A stretch of DNA of 64,000 nt from Octopus vulgaris. Taxonomy: Eukaryota. This document shows positions 60,634 through 64,000 of the stretch, one piece after another. The notes beneath the pieces were generated by a model, which saw nothing but the letters and a program-made list of their open reading frames with translations, ran no database searches and had not been told where the DNA came from. Position 1 is the first letter of the stretch. Each line of letters starts with the position of its first letter. Made by a program: the position numbers and the translations under genes. The stretch covers positions 173,786,001 to 173,850,000 of the forward strand of contig OX597816.1 of assembly GCA_951406725.2 (NCBI GenBank). The letters run 5' to 3'.

Positions 60634-61256
60634 ACTAATGTGTAACACTAGCTATGTATACACACGCACAATATACTGACTGTTCTTACACTGCAGAATC
60701 AATACAGAACAAAGATTTACGTAAATCATATTGGAAAACCAGAAGTGTCATGTAAAACAGCAATGTTGTAAAGTAATAACTAAAGTTGAAAATAAAATAA
60801 AACTTTGCTGATCAAACAAAACTGATACTTTTACAGTTTTCAGAGATAAATTCAGTAAACAAGTTTTGTTTTTATTGATTTTCAATTAGATTAGGAAAGA
60901 ACAATTTCAGAAAGTATTCCTCAATAACAAGTTAAAAAAAAATGAAAAACAGGCTGTATTCTGGAAAACATATGGTATTATTAACTGACAAGAATAAAAT
61001 AGTCTCAATTTTAGAATATGCAGTTTTGTTCTAAAATGTTCTTTAAATATTTCAAGATTGTCCAGCTAAAATATTTTTCCCAATTTTCTTTTTAAATATC
61101 TCCACAGACAGACTATTTCAGTAGTTTTTCTATCACTAAAGAAAGAAAAATCTATGTGTGTCATGTGGGGAATCTATTTTATTCTTATCTTCTATTTTCT
61201 TCAAATAATTTTGCGACATTTTTTTAAAAGTTAGTTTAATGTTGAATAGTTTAAGG

Positions 61257-63579
61257 CAGTATTTCCCAAACTTTTCATGCCAAATTGGAATGTCACCCAC
61301 CTATCAGCCAAAAAATGCTCCATCACCCACCTGTGTAAAAACAACCTGATGCAATTGACTGCATTGACCTCAAATGGATTACTATACCAGTTTGGAATAT
61401 TCAGTGCAATATAACATCTTGAAATCACTCCACCATGTCACCATGCAATAATTGTAAATAGCTGCGATACGTAGTTAAATCCTCACCAACCAATTCATCT
61501 TTCAAAGAATCAAGGTGTGGAAATTGATGGAATTGACATTTTTGAAATGTTACTTTTATACAGCAACAATTTCAAAATGAAGGTAGTGATAAATGATTTA
61601 CAGTCAATGAGAGTTTTTCTGTTTCCTTGCAATAGCTTATTCAAATCATTTAATTTTGTGAATATATCACAAAGAAAAGAGATATCACACCTTGCAGCCA
61701 TCAATGAAGCAGATAGTGAAATATCTTCAAAGAAAAGTATGATTATATGAAACAGTTCAACAAAGCATAAAACACAGTTTCCTTTTCACAGCCACTGCAC
61801 TTTGGTAGGGTGTAAGAGTTTAGTATAGTCCTCAGCATTTCTCAGACAGAGTTGACGGAAAATTCGATCAGACAAGGGATTGGACTTCAATTTGTTCACA
61901 GTCTTGATAATTAATCATAGCACATCATTCAATCTGCTGTTCATATTTTCTGCCACTAAATGCTGCTGGTGTGCCAAGCAATGAACAGTTAGTCTCTGGT
62001 GGGAAATTTCAGGCTTTGGGAGAGATGAAAAACCTCCGTATCTTCCTATCATCGAAGGGGCTCCATCAGATGTGCAGGCAAGAATATTACTGAGGGGGAT
62101 ATCATGTTCAAAAAAGGAAAGACTTGAGAGTGTGAAAAATAGTTGCACCTTTTGAATCAAGCAGAAATTTCTCTGTGAACAGCATTTCCTCACAAGGTTG
62201 AAGGTCTTTGCTGAAACACTGAATATATACCATCATCAAACATTGATTGTCCACAACAGTTGATTCATCCACTTGTATAAGAAAATTCAGAATGCTGGAG
62301 AATATTAATGAGCTGATGTTTGACATCATTGGCCATTTTATCGATGCTTCAAGAAATTGTGTTATTACTAAATGGGATCTTTGTGATGTTAGCGGGATTT
62401 TCGTGCTTAATGGTTGACAAAACCTCTTTGATAACTGGGCAAAGTAATGTTTCTCCAATTGTGTGAAACTTCCCAGACTTAGCAACAAGCAATGGAATGT
62501 TGTACGATACAATCAATCCATTATTCTCATGCTTACCAGTTTCTTGGGGTAGCACGTTGAATGTTTGTATTTGCTTTTTGAAAGAGGAGCTCAGTTGCAA
62601 AAAGTATGATAATGGCTTGTCCTTCTCAGAATGCCTTGCATCAAAGTGATATTTCAAGTGTGATGGTTTCACTGCTTTGTAGGTCAGTGTTTGATGGCAA
62701 AGAAGACACATTGGTAACTGACAGTTCTGAGGAGAGGGAATAAATCCAAATGATAAATAATCACTACTGTACTGTCGATAAATTTCCTTGACTGGAGGCA
62801 TGAGTAAAGTGAAAATGTGAAAATAAATTTCTATGGACGGCATCAGAAAGGCAGTATGGTATTCTCAAGCTGACATCTTTACTGGAGCAAATACAGATCT
62901 AGTTCATTTGGCCACCAGCATTTCAAAAATTAGAGTTTATTCAACTTTTTCCAGAAAAATGTTTTTAAAAAGTTGTAGAGGTTTAAAATCTGATCATTTT
63001 CACCCAGTCAAGAAACACGATATCAAAGCTGTTATTTCGTGCATGACTGCACATTGTGTCAGCATCCTGAAAATAGCACTTGTGTTTTGATATGAAACTG
63101 TAGAATTATGCACGATAACTTTTTCCTTCTCATAACTTTTTTAATTGTTTGGAGTTTTCAGAAAATGTCTGTATATTTGTATTCTACACACAGGACTTCA
63201 TACGATTATGTAAAAAAAAAATTGTGGTGAAGCGTGATTTAAAGCCTAGGCCTATTTGGCTGCTATTTTTAGCACATGTGACAACCATCTCAATGACTGC
63301 AACAAAAATATTCAGTCGATAACCAAGTCCACTTTTTTAATACAAAGGGACATCTCATGCGAGTAGTCAAATCAATAAAAGTGCATCCTTATTCTAGGCA
63401 TGCCTAGATATAAGTAAATGCAGAATGAATTTCTAAAAATTCTTTGTCACCCATAAAAGGTTCCCCATCACCCACCAAAATCTCAAATCGCCCACCATTT
63501 TCTAGAAATTCCCCCATCACCCACCTGTAAGTTGAAATCGCCCACTGGTGGGCAATACCGCCCACTTTGTGAAGCTATG
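61257..63579 (-). mobile_element. Decayed hAT (Buster/Charlie) DNA transposon
   Basis: Imperfect TIRs CAGTATTTCCCAAA / CATAGCTTCACAAA; 8-bp TSD GTTTAAGG/GGTTAAGG. Transposase remnants: RQYSSDYLSFGFI..PMCLLC..KPSHLKYH (BED finger), QVDEST, CTSDGAPSMIG, HCLAHQQHL. Confidence 0.88.
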
Positions 63580-63748
63580 GGTTAAGGTGTAAAGGGGTGG
63601 CAGTGTTCACAAGTGAAAACTGTCAGTTGTAGCGTATAGAAGAAACAATAGACTATACTGGACTAGAAGAGAAAGATTGATAAGGAGAACTTAATATTCA
63701 TGCTCAAAGCACAAGTTTCTACCCCCCAACTACCACTACCACGGTATC

Positions 63749-64000
63749 TATTTCTTTACTACCCACAAGGGGCTAAACACAGAGAGGACCAACAAGGACA
63801 GAAAAATGGATTAAGTCGATTATATCGACCCCAGTGCGTAACTGGTACTTAATTCATCGACCCCAGTGCGTAACTGGTACTTAATTCATCGACCCCGAAA
63901 GGATGAAAGGCAAAGTCAACCTCGGCAGAATTTGAACTCAGAACGTAGCGGCAGATGAAATACCGCTAAGCATTTCGCGTGCTAACGTTTCTGCCAGCTC
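63749..64000 (-). mobile_element. SINE family D with an internal 32-bp tandem duplication, reaching the window edge
   Basis: TCGACCCCAGTGCGTAACTGGTACTTAATTCA occurs twice at 63825-63888. Confidence 0.88.

Noticed and set aside
61510-62843. Domesticated ZBED5/SCAND3-like gene
   Set aside because: Multiple frameshifts and stops within a TIR/TSD-bounded element.

Overview
AT-rich, repeat-dense eukaryotic genomic DNA. The SINE families, (TA)/(CT) microsatellites and intron sizes are typical of a coleoid cephalopod (Octopus-like); this is an inference. The + strand carries a complete 9-exon N-acetylgalactosamine kinase gene (GALK2; CDS 1615..26168, 1407 nt, 468 aa, all GT-AG introns with compatible phases), reconstructed by hand. 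The - strand carries the 3' part of a FAM227-family gene: 5 firm exons from 54996 down to 38831, an uncertain 3' end, and 5' exons not found in the window. The two genes are convergent, as human GALK2/FAM227B are. The last firm FAM227 exon ends at a minor-spliceosome (U12) AT-type donor, ATATCCTTT. The rest is mobile DNA: four SINE families, RTE/CR1/Tx1/RLE LINE remnants, a full-length decayed mariner, a mariner with two 5' ends, a Buster/Charlie hAT, piggyBac-type MITEs, two non-autonomous Helitrons and two solo LTRs with 4-bp TSDs. Most notable observations: tandem Penelope-type minimal hammerhead-ribozyme-like motifs in sense orientation inside the putative U12 intron; two 105-135 bp near-perfect foldback hairpins next to GALK2 coding exons; arrays of H-type-pseudoknot-like modules inside one SINE family; a symmetric NRF1-ETS-ETS-NRF1 module in the solo LTRs; and a 337-bp locally templated insertion. 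Most ORFs in the supplied track are spurious repeat ORFs.
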